Of a stretch of DNA of 64,000 nucleotides, positions 62,806 through 64,000 are shown one piece after another; position 1 is the stretch's first letter; each line of letters opens with the position of its first letter. This DNA comes from Podospora anserina. Taxonomy: Eukaryota. A program made the position numbers and the translations under genes. Below the pieces are notes generated by a model. The model ran no database searches and had not been told where the DNA came from. It worked only from the letters and a program-made list of their open reading frames with translations. The stretch spans positions 186,001 through 250,000 of the forward strand of contig CM030333.1 of assembly GCA_017654855.1 (NCBI GenBank). Reading direction: 5' to 3'.

Positions 62806-62992
62806 CCGTGCTCGTCGCGCTATACCTTCGATTACCTCGAGCATCTTGTATCCTGCAGAGTGCTCGTGTGTCTTAGCGCCGTAGCACTTCTGGCCTATTC
62901 CGACTTGCTACTTCCTAGCTCTCTTAATAAATAGCTGGGGGCGTCTCGCGCCCTACATACTATGCAACCTATCGTTAGGTTAACTTATGATA
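62806..62992 (-). mobile_element. Truncated LTR fragment, diverged type C U3
   Basis: GTGCTCGTCGCGCTA..CCTGCAGAGTGCTCGTGTGTCTTAGCGCC matches 53775-53958; the shared half is missing. Confidence 0.8.
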
Positions 62993-64000
62993 ATATGTAA
63001 ATATTCTATAACCTGATATTTTATTAATTTAACCCCTATAAAAAAGCCCCCTATTTATGGAGATTTAATTAGCTAAGTTATTAAAAATAAATAGAATTAT
63101 TATAGAACTAGAATAATTAAAAGTAACGGGGAAAAATGAAGTTAATGAATTAGAGGTAATAAAATTATTGAAAAGAATTAATATATGAATATTTTGATTA
63201 TTCTATACTTTCTTACTTTAACTATTATAAAAAAGCCCTCTACTCGTAAGGACCTAGCTAGCGTGATCCCTATAAGTAAAGCAATATTATTATGTAGTTG
63301 AAAATTTTTAAATAAATAAGATAATTAAAATAAAGATAAAATCCTAGATTTAAATATACTAAAACGGAAAAGTATAATTGTAAAATAAGATAAAGTTAAT
63401 GGGAAAAAATAGAATTAATTATTTTTAAATAATATTAGTAATGTTTATAGAAATTAATGTATAAATATTTTATAACCCCTAAATCTCTATACTTTAACCT
63501 CCATATTAAAGCTATTTCTTTATAAAAACCCAAGCAATTAAGTTTATATAAATAAAAGTTAGTTATAAATATATAATTTATTTGTTTAGCTTCTAAGAAT
63601 TTTTAATTTACATAGATAATTCCTTTAATATTAGAACCTTTATAGGTTTAATAGTAAGAAGTTTAGTTTATTAATATACAAATAAATCTATCTTCATAAC
63701 TAACTACTTTATTCCTAATATTAAGACTAGCTTTATAAAGCAATTGATTAATCGGTAAAGTCCTCTTCTCATATTCTTTCAACTTCTTTCTCAATAACTT
63801 TAATATAATAAAAAAAGCTTTAGACTTCCTTTTTAGTAATTTTATATATTAAATATTTTTAATAAATAAAATATGGTATATTAATTTTAAAGAGTTTTTA
63901 ATAAAAGATTTATTTTATAAAGTAATGTATAAGTAATTTATAAAAAAGACCTTAGTATTATAATATAATAAAGACCTTTATTTAGAGTCTATTATAGAGG

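Larger units (their letters stand above)
39666..64000. repeat. AT-rich RIP-mutated repeat block (heterochromatin-like)
   Basis: Abrupt drop in GC, TpA excess, almost no ORFs, nested TE relics running to the window end. Confidence 0.9.

Overview
Filamentous ascomycete (Sordariales) chromosome segment, most likely from the Podospora anserina species complex; this is inferred from gene content, intron signals and the crapaud-like LTRs. Bases 1-39 kb are gene-rich: a hypothetical protein, a PLP class-V enzyme, a secreted protein, AP-1 mu, an Opi1/CCG-8-like factor, a polyQ protein, an orphan gene interrupted by a pogo/Fot1 transposon, GH6-CBM1 cellobiohydrolase, a PLD-family enzyme, an MFS transporter, a UPF0187/bestrophin-like channel, a conserved hypothetical gene with a GC-AG intron, AP-2 mu, a GH16 Crh-like enzyme and a GH79. 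From about 39.7 kb to the end is an AT-rich block of RIP-mutated repeats. It contains a Ty3/Gypsy element (41074-58540, TSD CTTAC) holding four nested insertions, one of them a complete sister element in reverse orientation. The main finding: reversing RIP by eye shows that both Gypsy copies carry an antisense ORF between pol and the PPT. It has Zn2Cys6-type cysteine spacing, a coiled coil and an acidic tail. This ORF differs between the two copies together with the repeat-rich U3 half of their LTRs, while gag-pol and R/U5 are shared. That suggests a swappable transactivator-plus-promoter module; the function is inference and has not been tested.
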